NCBI GenBank assembly: GCA_029931975.1
Contig: JAOZQY010000002.1
Span: forward strand, 27,799-91,798
Length of the DNA stretch: 64,000 nt
Source: Bacteroidales bacterium
Lineage (GTDB): Bacteria > Bacteroidota > Bacteroidia > Bacteroidales > GCA-2748055
Direction: 5' to 3'
The notes below the pieces were generated by a model. The model worked only from the letters and a program-made list of their open reading frames with translations. It did not search any database and had not been told where the DNA came from. Every line of letters starts with the position of its first letter. The stretch's first letter is position 1. The position numbers and the translations under genes were made by a program. Positions 20,525 to 29,347 of the stretch are shown here, in pieces.

Positions 20525-20593
20525 ACTAAAATATCAATATTAAGTCAGGAATAGCACTTATATTGTAATGATTATTTCTAAAATTCTCACTTG

Positions 20594-21877
20594 ATGAAAA
20601 AATTAGTCTCTGTTTGCTTTGCACTTATTATATCCATGTTCTTTCAGACTGCCCAGGCCCAGAAGTTTGATGAGTATTTCGAAACAGGTGTAATGCGGGT
20701 CGATCTGGTATTTTCCGGGACCGCAGAGGAGACCTCCTATGCTCTTTCGGGTGTGAAGAAAGAGCAGTTCTACAGTGGTCCAAAATCCAACATGATCGAT
20801 CCTTTTGATTATGGCGATCATAAATTTGTGGTGAAAGATTCTGCCAGTGGTAAGACAATTTTCAGCCATACCTACTGTACCCTATTTCGCGAGTGGCAGA
20901 CCACAGAAGAGTCTCAAACTATAAGGAGGGCTTATCCACATGTAATCCGCTTTCCCTGGCCCATCGCCAGCGTAGTGGTTGAGATTCATGATCGGAACAA
21001 GCAGGGGGCATTTCAGAAGAGCTGGTCGGCCACCCTCAATCCTCAGTCGATCTTTTCGGATCCGGGGAATCCCTATCACTTTGAAACAGTCGAACTTGAG
21101 ATCAACGGAACAGCAGAGGAGAAGGTTGATCTTCTTTTCCTTGCCGAGGGTTATACCGCCGAGGAGATGGATAAATTCATTGAGGATGCAAAGCGGTCGG
21201 CCGGGTATATCTTTTCGGAGGAACCATTCAAGAGTAAGAGGAGTATGTTCAATATCAGGGCTGTGAAATCCACCAGTCAGGATTCTGGCACGGATATTCC
21301 CGGTGAGGCGATCTGGAAAAACACTGTAGTGAATTCCAGCTTCTATACCTTTGGAATTGAACGCTATATGACCACTATGGATTACAAATCGGTTTGTGAT
21401 GTGGCTGCATCAGCCCATTACGATCAGATCTATATACTGGTGAACACAGATAAGTATGGAGGTGGAGGCATCTACAATCATTATAGCATCTCGGCAGCGG
21501 GTAATGAGGCCTCCCGCGCTGTGGTTATTCATGAATTCGGACATGCCTTTGGGGGGCTAGCCGATGAATATTACAATTCAGCCGTAGCCTATAATGATTA
21601 CTTCCCCCTGGAGGTGGAACCCTGGAACCCCAATCTCACCACCCTGGTAGATTTTGATTCCAAATGGAAAAATATGGTATCGGAGGGAACGCCCGTTCCA
21701 ACACCTTCGGAAGAGGCTTATAAGGAGATAGTTGGAGTCTATGAAGGGGGTGGTTATGTGGCCAGGGGAGTGTACAGGCCCATGATTGATTGTCGGATGC
21801 ATACCAATGATGCTGCCTTTTGCCCGGTATGTTCTGAAGCGCTGAAGAAGATGATTGCAACTATCACCGGACTTTAG
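20594..21877 (+). CDS. M64 family metallopeptidase (IgA-peptidase-like)
   Basis: Signal peptide, zinc motif HEFGHAFGGLADEY and a C-terminal CPVC. Confidence 0.85.
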   Translation: MKKLVSVCFALIISMFFQTAQAQKFDEYFETGVMRVDLVFSGTAEETSYALSGVKKEQFYSGPKSNMIDPFDYGDHKFVVKDSASGKTIFSHTYCTLFREWQTTEESQTIRRAYPHVIRFPWPIASVVVEIHDRNKQGAFQKSWSATLNPQSIFSDPGNPYHFETVELEINGTAEEKVDLLFLAEGYTAEEMDKFIEDAKRSAGYIFSEEPFKSKRSMFNIRAVKSTSQDSGTDIPGEAIWKNTVVNSSFYTFGIERYMTTMDYKSVCDVAASAHYDQIYILVNTDKYGGGGIYNHYSISAAGNEASRAVVIHEFGHAFGGLADEYYNSAVAYNDYFPLEVEPWNPNLTTLVDFDSKWKNMVSEGTPVPTPSEEAYKEIVGVYEGGGYVARGVYRPMIDCRMHTNDAAFCPVCSEALKKMIATITGL

Positions 21878-21927
21878 ATTCTTTCTATTTTTATTGACTG
21901 GGCTTATCGGACGTTTGACTTAATACT

Positions 21928-21935
21928 TATATTTG
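21928..21935 (+). promoter_or_regulatory. Bacteroidota-type -7 promoter box (TAnnTTTG)
   Basis: TATATTTG lies 28 nt upstream of the sigma-factor start (21964). Confidence 0.4.
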
Positions 21936-21963
21936 TCGTTTATCAAAATGCAATCCTCTAATA

Positions 21964-22542
21964 GTGAAAAGGCTGTCGGATGAAGAAATAGTAGCCGGAC
22001 TCAGAAAACGGGATAACCGCGTTCTGAATTATATCTATAAGAATTCCTTTACCCCGGTTAAGCAGCTAATCTTACATAATACAGGCTCTGAAACAGATGC
22101 GGAAGACATCTTTCAGGAGGCTTTAATTGTGATATTTAAGAAGTTAAGAGCGGAAGGGGATTTCGAACTCAATGCGGCATTTTCCACCTATATCTATTCC
22201 ATAGCCCGCCTGCTCTGGCTGAAACATCTCAGGAAGATAAAGAAGATTGATATTGATCCGCTTAACCGGGATATGGAGGAACGGATTGAATTCGAAGAGC
22301 CCTCACCGGTGGATGATAAGGACTTGCGACTGGCTATCTATCAGCGCACTTTACTGAAGATCCCGGAAGATTGTCAGAAGATACTGCAGCTTACCGCACA
22401 GGATCTTAGCTCCCTGGAGATTGCTGAACAACTGGGTTTTCGAAGTGAAGGATATGTGCGAAAGCGCCGTCATTTTTGTAAAGAATACCTGATTAACAAG
22501 ATAAAAGAGGATCACGATTACCAGGCCATGTTTCTCGATTAA
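21964..22542 (+). CDS. RNA polymerase sigma-70 family (ECF-like) sigma factor
   Basis: 192-aa ORF with region 2 (DAEDIFQEALIVIF...YIYSIARLLW) and a region 4 HTH (LSSLEIAEQLGFRSEGYVRKRRHFC). It uses a GTG start. Confidence 0.8.
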   Translation: MKRLSDEEIVAGLRKRDNRVLNYIYKNSFTPVKQLILHNTGSETDAEDIFQEALIVIFKKLRAEGDFELNAAFSTYIYSIARLLWLKHLRKIKKIDIDPLNRDMEERIEFEEPSPVDDKDLRLAIYQRTLLKIPEDCQKILQLTAQDLSSLEIAEQLGFRSEGYVRKRRHFCKEYLINKIKEDHDYQAMFLD

Positions 22543-22569
22543 GAGCCCCTGTGACTGTGTTCAGAAAGT

Positions 22570-22603
22570 AAAAGGCTGATTCGCCACGGCGGATCAGCCT
22601 TTT
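22570..22603. terminator. bidirectional intrinsic terminator hairpin
   Basis: AAAAGGCTGATTCGCC-ac-GGCGGATCAGCCTTTT forms a 16-bp stem with one G.U position. A/T runs flank both sides. It sits between the convergent sigma and peroxiredoxin genes. Confidence 0.65.
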
Positions 22604-22647
22604 ACATTTGTACCAAATCTTTACCTGGCACTTTCAGGATAGCATTC

Positions 22648-23358
22648 CTATTTCAGAACAGCCTTCCAGACTTTTTCTTCGCTAACTTTCTTTGTACAGA
22701 AGAACCAGTCTACACATTCAACACCTTCCTCTTTTCCTTCCATGCGGTTTTCGGCTGTTCCACATGAACCTGCGGGAGGAACGATCACATCATCACCCGG
22801 GCGCCAGTCGGCGGGAGTGGCACAATCAAAAGCATCCGCTGTTTGCATGGCAATCAACGCTCTGTAGAGTTCATCGAAGTTCCGCCCCAGACTGAGTGGG
22901 TAGTATATGATTGCCCTGATCACTCCTTCGGGATCTACAAAGAATACAGCCCTGACCGCCTTGGTGGTATCTTCATTGGGTTGAATCATGCCATACTTTC
23001 TGGCAATATCCATGGTGATGTCCTCGATCAGGGGAAAGTTTACTTCCACATCCTTCATCCCATTGAATTCCATAGTCTCTTTGATTCTCCTGAGCCATGC
23101 AATGTGGCTGTAAAGTCCATCTACGGAGAGACCTACCAGTTTACAGTTGGCCTTATTGAATTTCTCCTCCTGACTGGCAAAAGTCATGAACTCGGTAGTG
23201 CAAACCGGAGTAAAGTCGGCTGGGTGACTGAACAGAATGGTCCAACTACCTTTATATTCAGAGGGGTAATTAATAACTCCCTGGGTGGTTTTAGCTTTAA
23301 ACTCAGGTGCTTTGTCGCCAATACGTGGCATGATTGTTACTTGAACTTGTTCTTCCAT
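22648..23358 (-). CDS. peroxiredoxin (Prx6/1-Cys-like with Cys-containing C-terminal extension)
   Basis: 236-aa ORF with the peroxidatic motif HPADFTPVCTTE. The C-terminal tail has extra Cys residues (GSCGTAEN...VECVDWFFC). Confidence 0.9.
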   Translation of the reverse strand: MEEQVQVTIMPRIGDKAPEFKAKTTQGVINYPSEYKGSWTILFSHPADFTPVCTTEFMTFASQEEKFNKANCKLVGLSVDGLYSHIAWLRRIKETMEFNGMKDVEVNFPLIEDITMDIARKYGMIQPNEDTTKAVRAVFFVDPEGVIRAIIYYPLSLGRNFDELYRALIAMQTADAFDCATPADWRPGDDVIVPPAGSCGTAENRMEGKEEGVECVDWFFCTKKVSEEKVWKAVLK

Positions 23359-23372
23359 CTTAATATTTGGTT

Positions 23373-23392
23373 TTAGAATGATTAAATTCTTA
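23373..23392. promoter_or_regulatory. putative Fur-family operator half-sites upstream of peroxiredoxin
   Basis: TTAGAAT-gattaa-ATTCTTA is an inverted repeat using the same 7-mer as the sites at 23837-23869. It lies 15-35 nt upstream of the prx ATG (23358). Confidence 0.35.
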
Positions 23393-23397
23393 TTTGA

Positions 23398-23829
23398 TTA
23401 TTTATTGTCTTCGTTAAAATTTCCTTTTATCTGAAGGATAATGTCTTCTATCTTAAAATTGTGCAGGTCTTTTTTGTGAAAGTATGCCTTGAGCATCTGA
23501 TCCAGTTCTTCATCGAAATAGTCCATAATGCGTTCCGTTTCGGTACAGTAGATATGGTGATGCCTGAGCATGACCCCATCGTAACGCATGGCGTCTTTGT
23601 CTGTTTTAACCCGTTGGACCAGCTTGTTTTTCACCATCACATCCAGTATCTTATAAACTGTCCCTGTGGCGATTCCGGGATATTTTTTACTGATATGGTC
23701 AAAAACCATGTCGGCAGTAGGATGATTTCCCAGAGTATAGACAGCTTCCAGAACGGCATGGCGCTGGGGAGTTACCTTCAGACCTGCGTCCCTTAATTTC
23801 TGGTTGATCTGTTCGCTACTTATCTTCAT
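23398..23829 (-). CDS. Fur family transcriptional repressor (PerR-like by context)
   Basis: 143-aa ORF with a winged-helix N-terminus (GLKVTPQRHAVLEAV...HPTADMVFDHI) and a His-rich site (LRHHHIYC). It lies directly upstream of, and co-oriented with, the peroxiredoxin gene. Confidence 0.85.
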   Translation of the reverse strand: MKISSEQINQKLRDAGLKVTPQRHAVLEAVYTLGNHPTADMVFDHISKKYPGIATGTVYKILDVMVKNKLVQRVKTDKDAMRYDGVMLRHHHIYCTETERIMDYFDEELDQMLKAYFHKKDLHNFKIEDIILQIKGNFNEDNK

Positions 23830-23836
23830 TGTAATA

Positions 23837-23869
23837 ATTCTTAAATAAGAATGATTCTTACATAAGAAC
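23837..23869. promoter_or_regulatory. tandem 7-2-7 palindromic operator (putative autoregulatory Fur/PerR box)
   Basis: ATTCTTAaaTAAGAAT (perfect, 23837-23852) is followed one base later by ATTCTTAcaTAAGAAc (23854-23869). The pair lies 8-40 nt upstream of the fur-family ATG (23829). Confidence 0.5.
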
Positions 23870-24090
23870 GAATGAGATTAAAAAATGTTCAGACGATTTT
23901 GAAAATAAGTTTATTAATCTTCGATTTCTATGGTTGATTGACGCTCCCTGTTAACTATCTGGCGGGTCACATCGGACCGGTAGTAGTGTCTGGAAACATC
24001 CAGGCTCTGACGTTCTTCCTGGACCCGGTTGAAGTCGATGGTGCCGGTAAATAGTCCACAGAATTATCGCAGGATTGTTATTGTTAGTGC

Positions 24091-26961
24091 TTAGTTTTTG
24101 TTAGGACTGGATCGTCGATATTGAAAAAACACCAGTATACCAATGAACACAGTGATGACAAGCATCCAATATGCTAATCCTGATTTCCGGTAAATGGGAC
24201 TTCCATCTCCCAGGACCACAAAACCTGACCAGAAATATGGATTGGAGGTAAGGTCGTCGGCTGTTTCCAGATAATCGATTTTAGCAAGGCGCATAGCCTC
24301 CTGCTTGCTTTTCCCTTTTTTCAGGTATTTATAAAAGGAAGTCATCAATTCCGAACTTGATTTATCAGCCACCTGCCATAGAGTCATAACAATAGAAGGA
24401 CAACCAGCGTAGATAAAACCCCTGGCCAGACTCATCATTCCTTCCCCCTTTTGCATTTTTCCGAATCCACTGTTGCAAGAGCTCAAAACAGCCATCCTGG
24501 CATTCAGCTTAAGATTATAAATCTCATAAGCATAGAGCTTATTATCCTGATAGATAGTATCGCCTGATTTAATGATGTAGTTGTCATCGGATTCAACATT
24601 TGTAAAGGCAAGGAGTGAGTAAAGAGGATTGTCATCTTTCATAATGGTATGCATGGCCAGGTGCAGAACATTGTAATCGGATGCGTTTTTTTTGAAGTTA
24701 GACTCATTGGCATTTTCATTAATGAAGACCTTTGAAGGAACAGTTTCATTGATACTTTGCACCTCTTTAATGGTTCCCACAAGAGGGAAGAGGTAATCTG
24801 ATTTTTCAAGCACCTGGCGAAACTTGGCGGTATCCATGTTGTATAATGAATTCTCATACATCGGAGCAAAAGCAAGCACTTTATCCTCGGTAGATTTGGT
24901 TTTGTATCGCTTACTGAACAATAAAGTTGATGAGTGAGAATATCCCACGGAAAATTCCTTTATCAGGTAGGGCAGATTCAGGTAATTGATGTACTCAGGT
25001 CCGGCCTCCTGAGTGATCAAACCCTCGAAAGGGATATATGTAATGGCTCCATCGGGAACAATGGTAAAGTTTTTCCTGTCGGTGTATTGCAGACAGGGTT
25101 CAATTAATATTTTATAAAACTTATGCCCCAGGGTTACGAACTTCCGGTAGTTTTCATGAACCCCGCTACTGAAATTCTGATCATGAAGCAACATATAGTA
25201 TTCCAGGCACTCATTCGCAAACTCCGGGCTGATCTCCTGTGAGAATACATCAACTCCCTTTTTGTCAATCACATACGTTATTAGCAGCGTATCAGACAGC
25301 ACATATTCAATCAGGGCATCACGATAAGCCAGCTTATCCTGAACCTCAGCAAGAGAGACAAACTTGGGATTGTATTTTAATTCGTAATACTTCGAATAAT
25401 TTTGCTCAATCTCCTGTTTCAGATCGTTGTAATCATCTTTCAGGTGAAACAATGTTTCCTTATATGACTCAAGCTTTGAACTATCAGGATCAGTTTCCAG
25501 CTGCTCTTCGTAAAGAACCCCTTCATAGGCTTGAATCTCACCCATTAATCTGCTCTCTTTGTTCTTTATGTTTTCCGGAAGATCCGAAAACTGCATGGCC
25601 TCTATAGCTTTAATTTCGCTGTACAATGCAAAGGATTTGCTGGTTTCAGTGAAGGCAAATGATTGCTCCAGGTACTTGTTTTCACCGGTCAAATCGAATA
25701 GCATCTTCCCTACATAGACGGCCTCGTTATATACTTCAAGAATCTGCGAAGTGGCAAAGAGTTTGCTGTCCTCATTGCTCATGGCCAGTTTCATATAGTT
25801 CAGCGTCTCAATGGCCTCCTGATAGGCTTCATAGCATAAAACCAGATCCTCGAATGCATTAGATTTATTGAACTGCTCAAAGAGCACCCTGCTTTTCAGG
25901 ACATAGAGGTCAGGCAGAGCAGTAGATAACATATTCGTTTTTGTCTTAATAGATTTGTCGGTTATTAATTCGTCCAGGAATTTATTCAGTTTCTCAATAC
26001 TACTATTTACAATCCATAGGGATTTCTCAAGATTCCCAGTTCTAAGTTGTATACTGGCAGTGCGATAGGCTATATCGGAGCGGTAAACAATCTTGGTTCT
26101 GGTAGCATAAGGACCTAATGACTCAATTAATAAATATGCATTGTCACATTCCATCATGGCTTGTTCATACTCCTCATAGAGCATATGAAAACCAATGATA
26201 TTATAATAGTAATTTAATACATCCCGGGTATAATCAATTATAACAGGGTTGTTCTCAAGAAGTTTGCGGGCTTTTTCAAAATAGAGTATTGCAAGATCAT
26301 ATTTACCGACCTGTGAATAGGAGGTGGCATTTGTATTATAAATCCTAAATTCAATTAGCGGACTTACCTTCAATTTGTTTATATCAATCATGGATAGCTT
26401 TTGCTCAGCCAGCTCATATTCTTGGAGTTCCAATAGAAGTTTGATATAATTTGAGTAGACAAATGCAAAATCACTGTGGTTTTGATAGCCATTCCTGATT
26501 AAAAAATCAAGTGCATATTCGTAATATTCTTTCGTTCGGTAGAGATCATTTTGCACCTTATAGATATTCCCCTTATTATGATAGAGGCTTCCAAAAAGTT
26601 TGTTTTTTGGATCGGTCTCATTAAGAATTTTTTCAGCTTCATTTAATTTCAATAAAGCTTCACTGTTATTATAAATGTTTCGGTATAATGAAGCAAGTGA
26701 GACTAGGTTAATGGCTACCCGTTCATTAATTACATAAGTGCTTGAATTATAGGCCAAATCGATCGCTTTTTTATAATAGAATTCGGCCGAATCCAGGTTG
26801 ATATTGATTTGGAAGTATTCAAAAGCCTTCTGACCATAATTGTAAATCTGCTCTTGGATTTCGGGATCTTCCTTTAAGATCCCCTGTGCATAACCAGCCG
26901 AATAGATAAACAGGGCCAGGATAAGAATATAAATGCAGCGGAGATTGTGAGTTTGTTTCAT
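24091..26961 (-). CDS. TPR-repeat CHAT-domain (caspase-like) protease, membrane-anchored
   Basis: Signal peptide, a long TPR-like helical repeat region, and a C-terminal CHAT domain with an intact His/Cys dyad (VLHLAMHT ... AVLSSCNSG). A terminal TM helix follows (WMLVITVFIGILVFF). The gene is visibly AT-rich. The ATG at 26961 is preferred. Confidence 0.85.
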   Translation of the reverse strand: MKQTHNLRCIYILILALFIYSAGYAQGILKEDPEIQEQIYNYGQKAFEYFQININLDSAEFYYKKAIDLAYNSSTYVINERVAINLVSLASLYRNIYNNSEALLKLNEAEKILNETDPKNKLFGSLYHNKGNIYKVQNDLYRTKEYYEYALDFLIRNGYQNHSDFAFVYSNYIKLLLELQEYELAEQKLSMIDINKLKVSPLIEFRIYNTNATSYSQVGKYDLAILYFEKARKLLENNPVIIDYTRDVLNYYYNIIGFHMLYEEYEQAMMECDNAYLLIESLGPYATRTKIVYRSDIAYRTASIQLRTGNLEKSLWIVNSSIEKLNKFLDELITDKSIKTKTNMLSTALPDLYVLKSRVLFEQFNKSNAFEDLVLCYEAYQEAIETLNYMKLAMSNEDSKLFATSQILEVYNEAVYVGKMLFDLTGENKYLEQSFAFTETSKSFALYSEIKAIEAMQFSDLPENIKNKESRLMGEIQAYEGVLYEEQLETDPDSSKLESYKETLFHLKDDYNDLKQEIEQNYSKYYELKYNPKFVSLAEVQDKLAYRDALIEYVLSDTLLITYVIDKKGVDVFSQEISPEFANECLEYYMLLHDQNFSSGVHENYRKFVTLGHKFYKILIEPCLQYTDRKNFTIVPDGAITYIPFEGLITQEAGPEYINYLNLPYLIKEFSVGYSHSSTLLFSKRYKTKSTEDKVLAFAPMYENSLYNMDTAKFRQVLEKSDYLFPLVGTIKEVQSINETVPSKVFINENANESNFKKNASDYNVLHLAMHTIMKDDNPLYSLLAFTNVESDDNYIIKSGDTIYQDNKLYAYEIYNLKLNARMAVLSSCNSGFGKMQKGEGMMSLARGFIYAGCPSIVMTLWQVADKSSSELMTSFYKYLKKGKSKQEAMRLAKIDYLETADDLTSNPYFWSGFVVLGDGSPIYRKSGLAYWMLVITVFIGILVFFQYRRSSPNKN

Positions 26962-27187
26962 TGGAGGAATCAAAGTTTAAATGAAAGAAATTATGGCATA
27001 GAATGCAAGTATTTTGGTAAAATGATTATTTTTCTCAGCAATTAATTCCCATATAATCAGCAATATGCAGCTTTTGGGTATTATTTTTTAAAAAAAGTTC
27101 ATTTTTCTGGGTAACGTTTGGCGCTTTTCTGGAATTAACTATTGAAAACAAAAAACAAACAGTAGTTGAACCCCTAATTGAAAAGCC

Positions 27188-27307
27188 ATGAAAACTGTAG
27201 ATTTTAAATCATTCGCAAAAGATGCTATCCAGGAGAACGAACTGAATTATTTAAAAGGTGGAAAAGGTGATCCCGTTGAAGATCTCGTCTATCCTCCAAA
27301 AAAATAA
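27188..27307 (+). CDS. 39-aa GG-leader (bacteriocin-type signal) peptide
   Basis: This ORF is not in the track (<60 aa): MKTVDFKSFAKDAIQENELNYLKGG|KGDPVEDLVYPPKK*. The leader matches the Bacteroidota double-glycine pattern (..L...EL..lKGG). The evidence is that pattern alone. Confidence 0.45.
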   Translation: MKTVDFKSFAKDAIQENELNYLKGGKGDPVEDLVYPPKK

Positions 27308-27592
27308 TTTGGTATTCCAGTAGAATTTGAATTTGACATTTCGACGGTCGTAGAGCCGCAAGACATATTTCACCGTGAAGTTGATGGGGAAGATTGAATT
27401 TCTGCCACAACAGATCGGAAGGAGAATCCGGAAACGGAGATTTCTGCAATGACGCACATTTGTTTGTGCACACACTCTGGAAGGTATGCAAACGTGCATA
27501 CTTGTACCAGGGAGAACGGGTCCCGAAATATATGGTCATAAATGACTGTATGTGGATCTTGAATCCTTGAAACCAAATTAATAATTCATGAT

Positions 27593-28348
27593 ATGAAACG
27601 AGACAGGCACATTTTACAAAAGTACCTGGACAATGATCTCTCAGAGACGGAGTTGGCCAGGTTCGAGCAGGAGCTCAATGCCAGTCCGGAGTTGTTGGTG
27701 GATCTGGACCTCTATAAAGAGGTTGATGATGCCATAGCCGATACGGAAGTATTGGATTTCCGGGCCCAGTTGACAGACTTGCGAGAAGAGACACGTAGAT
27801 CGGACACCGGTAGAAGGGTTTTTCGGTTTTCCCGGCCATGGCATTATGCAGCATCGGCAGCACTTGCACTGTTGGTGGCCATAGGTCTGGCCACAGTACT
27901 TGGACGACCGTTATCTAATAATGATCTGTTTTCCAAGTATATGAAGCCTTACGAGCTGGTTCTTACCAATCGTTCGGTAGATAATGAAGTTACCCAACTC
28001 TGGATGAACAAGGCCCAGGAGCATTTTCTCAAAGGAGATTTTGAATCGGCCATTGATTGTTTTGATGAAGTGCTTGAAATCAATGCAAATAAGATGGAAG
28101 CTGATTTCTATAAAGGGGTTTCTCATATGGAGATTGAGCAGCATCAGCAAGCAAGCGAGTCCTTTACCAGGGTAATTCAACACGACGACAACCTGTATAT
28201 CCAGAAGGCCGAGTGGTTCCTGGCAGGATGTCTGCTGGCCATGGACGAAACAGACCGTGCCAGAAGGCAGTTGGCAAGCATTGCGTCATCGTCCAATCAT
28301 TTTTACAGAGCTGATGCCGCTAAGATCCTTAAAAGGATGAAACGCTAG
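27593..28348 (+). CDS. anti-sigma-factor-like single-pass membrane protein with TPR repeats
   Basis: The N-terminus (LQKYLDNDLSETELARFEQELNASPELLVDLDLYKEV) is typical of Bacteroidota anti-sigma N-domains. It has one TM helix (AASAALALLVAIGLATVL) and an extracytoplasmic TPR region. Confidence 0.6.
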   Translation: MKRDRHILQKYLDNDLSETELARFEQELNASPELLVDLDLYKEVDDAIADTEVLDFRAQLTDLREETRRSDTGRRVFRFSRPWHYAASAALALLVAIGLATVLGRPLSNNDLFSKYMKPYELVLTNRSVDNEVTQLWMNKAQEHFLKGDFESAIDCFDEVLEINANKMEADFYKGVSHMEIEQHQQASESFTRVIQHDDNLYIQKAEWFLAGCLLAMDETDRARRQLASIASSSNHFYRADAAKILKRMKR

Positions 28349-28417
28349 TGCTTCAATACCTCCTCGGCGTTGAGGATTGGTAGTTATTTAATTGAAATAT
28401 TGCTGAATTAGAGGGTG

Positions 28418-29284
28418 ATGGGAGAAAAGCTTGAGTATAAAGAGCTTCTGGAATATACCAGGCAACTTGAACAGAAAGTTGCCGGGCTGGAGGATACGCT
28501 GAAACAGTTTCAGTCCGAAGGTACCAGGGTGAAGACCAGGTTTTTATCCAATATCTCACATGATATAAGGACTCCCATGAATGCCATCATAGGCTTTTCA
28601 CACCTCCTCGGAGAAGATGAGGTGGATGGCAATCACATGGAAGCATACATCGATCATATTACCCGGAACAGCAATTCGCTCTTAAACATGATGGACAACC
28701 TGATTGATCTTACCCTGATCGAAACAGGAAACCTTCAACTGAACGAGGATGAAGTAAATATCTACGATTTATTGAAGGACCTATATAATCAATATAACCT
28801 GGATAGATACAGGGCAAACAGGGAAAGGGTGGCCTTGCTTTTAAATATCAGAGAAGCATTTAAGAAAGCGAGAATCATTGCTGATAAGCAGCGCCTGTCG
28901 AGAGCTTTAAGTTGCCTCCTTGAAAATTCCCTGGTCCAGACAAAAAAGGGAGTCGTAGAATTTGGCGCATCGTTCGCCGATAAAAATACACTGGTTTTCA
29001 CCATTAAGGACAGCAGTAGCATGTTGTTACAGGAGGGAGTCAGGAAGATCTTTGAAACAACTGAAAAAGGAGAGGACTGGGACAATACCTCCGACACAAT
29101 CGGGCTTGGCTACAAGCTGGCCAGCGGACTGGTAAAGGCTATGGGTGGCTACATCATGGTTTCTGACAGCTCATTTAAAGGTATTACTATTGAGTTTTCA
29201 ATTCCAGTGAAACAGGTTTTCCCGAAGCATTATTACTCCGGGGAAGTAAACAGGATTGAAGTTGTAGGTCCGCAGGAAGAATGA
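28418..29284 (+). CDS. soluble histidine-kinase-like protein with degenerate ATP-binding boxes
   Basis: Coiled-coil N-terminus and an intact H-box (SHDIRTPMNAI). The G1 box reads KDSSSML (no DxGxG) and the G2 box reads DTIGLGY. Confidence 0.75.
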   Translation: MGEKLEYKELLEYTRQLEQKVAGLEDTLKQFQSEGTRVKTRFLSNISHDIRTPMNAIIGFSHLLGEDEVDGNHMEAYIDHITRNSNSLLNMMDNLIDLTLIETGNLQLNEDEVNIYDLLKDLYNQYNLDRYRANRERVALLLNIREAFKKARIIADKQRLSRALSCLLENSLVQTKKGVVEFGASFADKNTLVFTIKDSSSMLLQEGVRKIFETTEKGEDWDNTSDTIGLGYKLASGLVKAMGGYIMVSDSSFKGITIEFSIPVKQVFPKHYYSGEVNRIEVVGPQEE

Positions 29285-29347
29285 TCCTGTACTGGTTTGA
29301 TGCCTCTGCCAACTTTTAATTAGGGGTTGGTTTTTGTTTTCAAGTTT

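Noticed and set aside
23914-24063. 50-codon open frame on the minus strand downstream of the CHAT gene (..GTIDFNRVQEERQSLDVSRHYYRSDVTRQIVNRERQSTIEIED*), in a locally GC-richer patch
   Set aside because: It has no ATG, GTG or TTG start and no recognisable motif, and its length is within chance expectation. It may be a gene remnant, but that is unsupported.
27398-27541. Fragments resembling an XRE-type HTH, in two frames between the GG-peptide and the anti-sigma-like gene: ..LPQQIGRRIRKRRF.. and ..ANVHTCTRENGSRNIWS*
   Set aside because: The matches are short, there is no start codon, and the fragments are frame-split. This could be a decayed regulator remnant, but the evidence is too thin to call.
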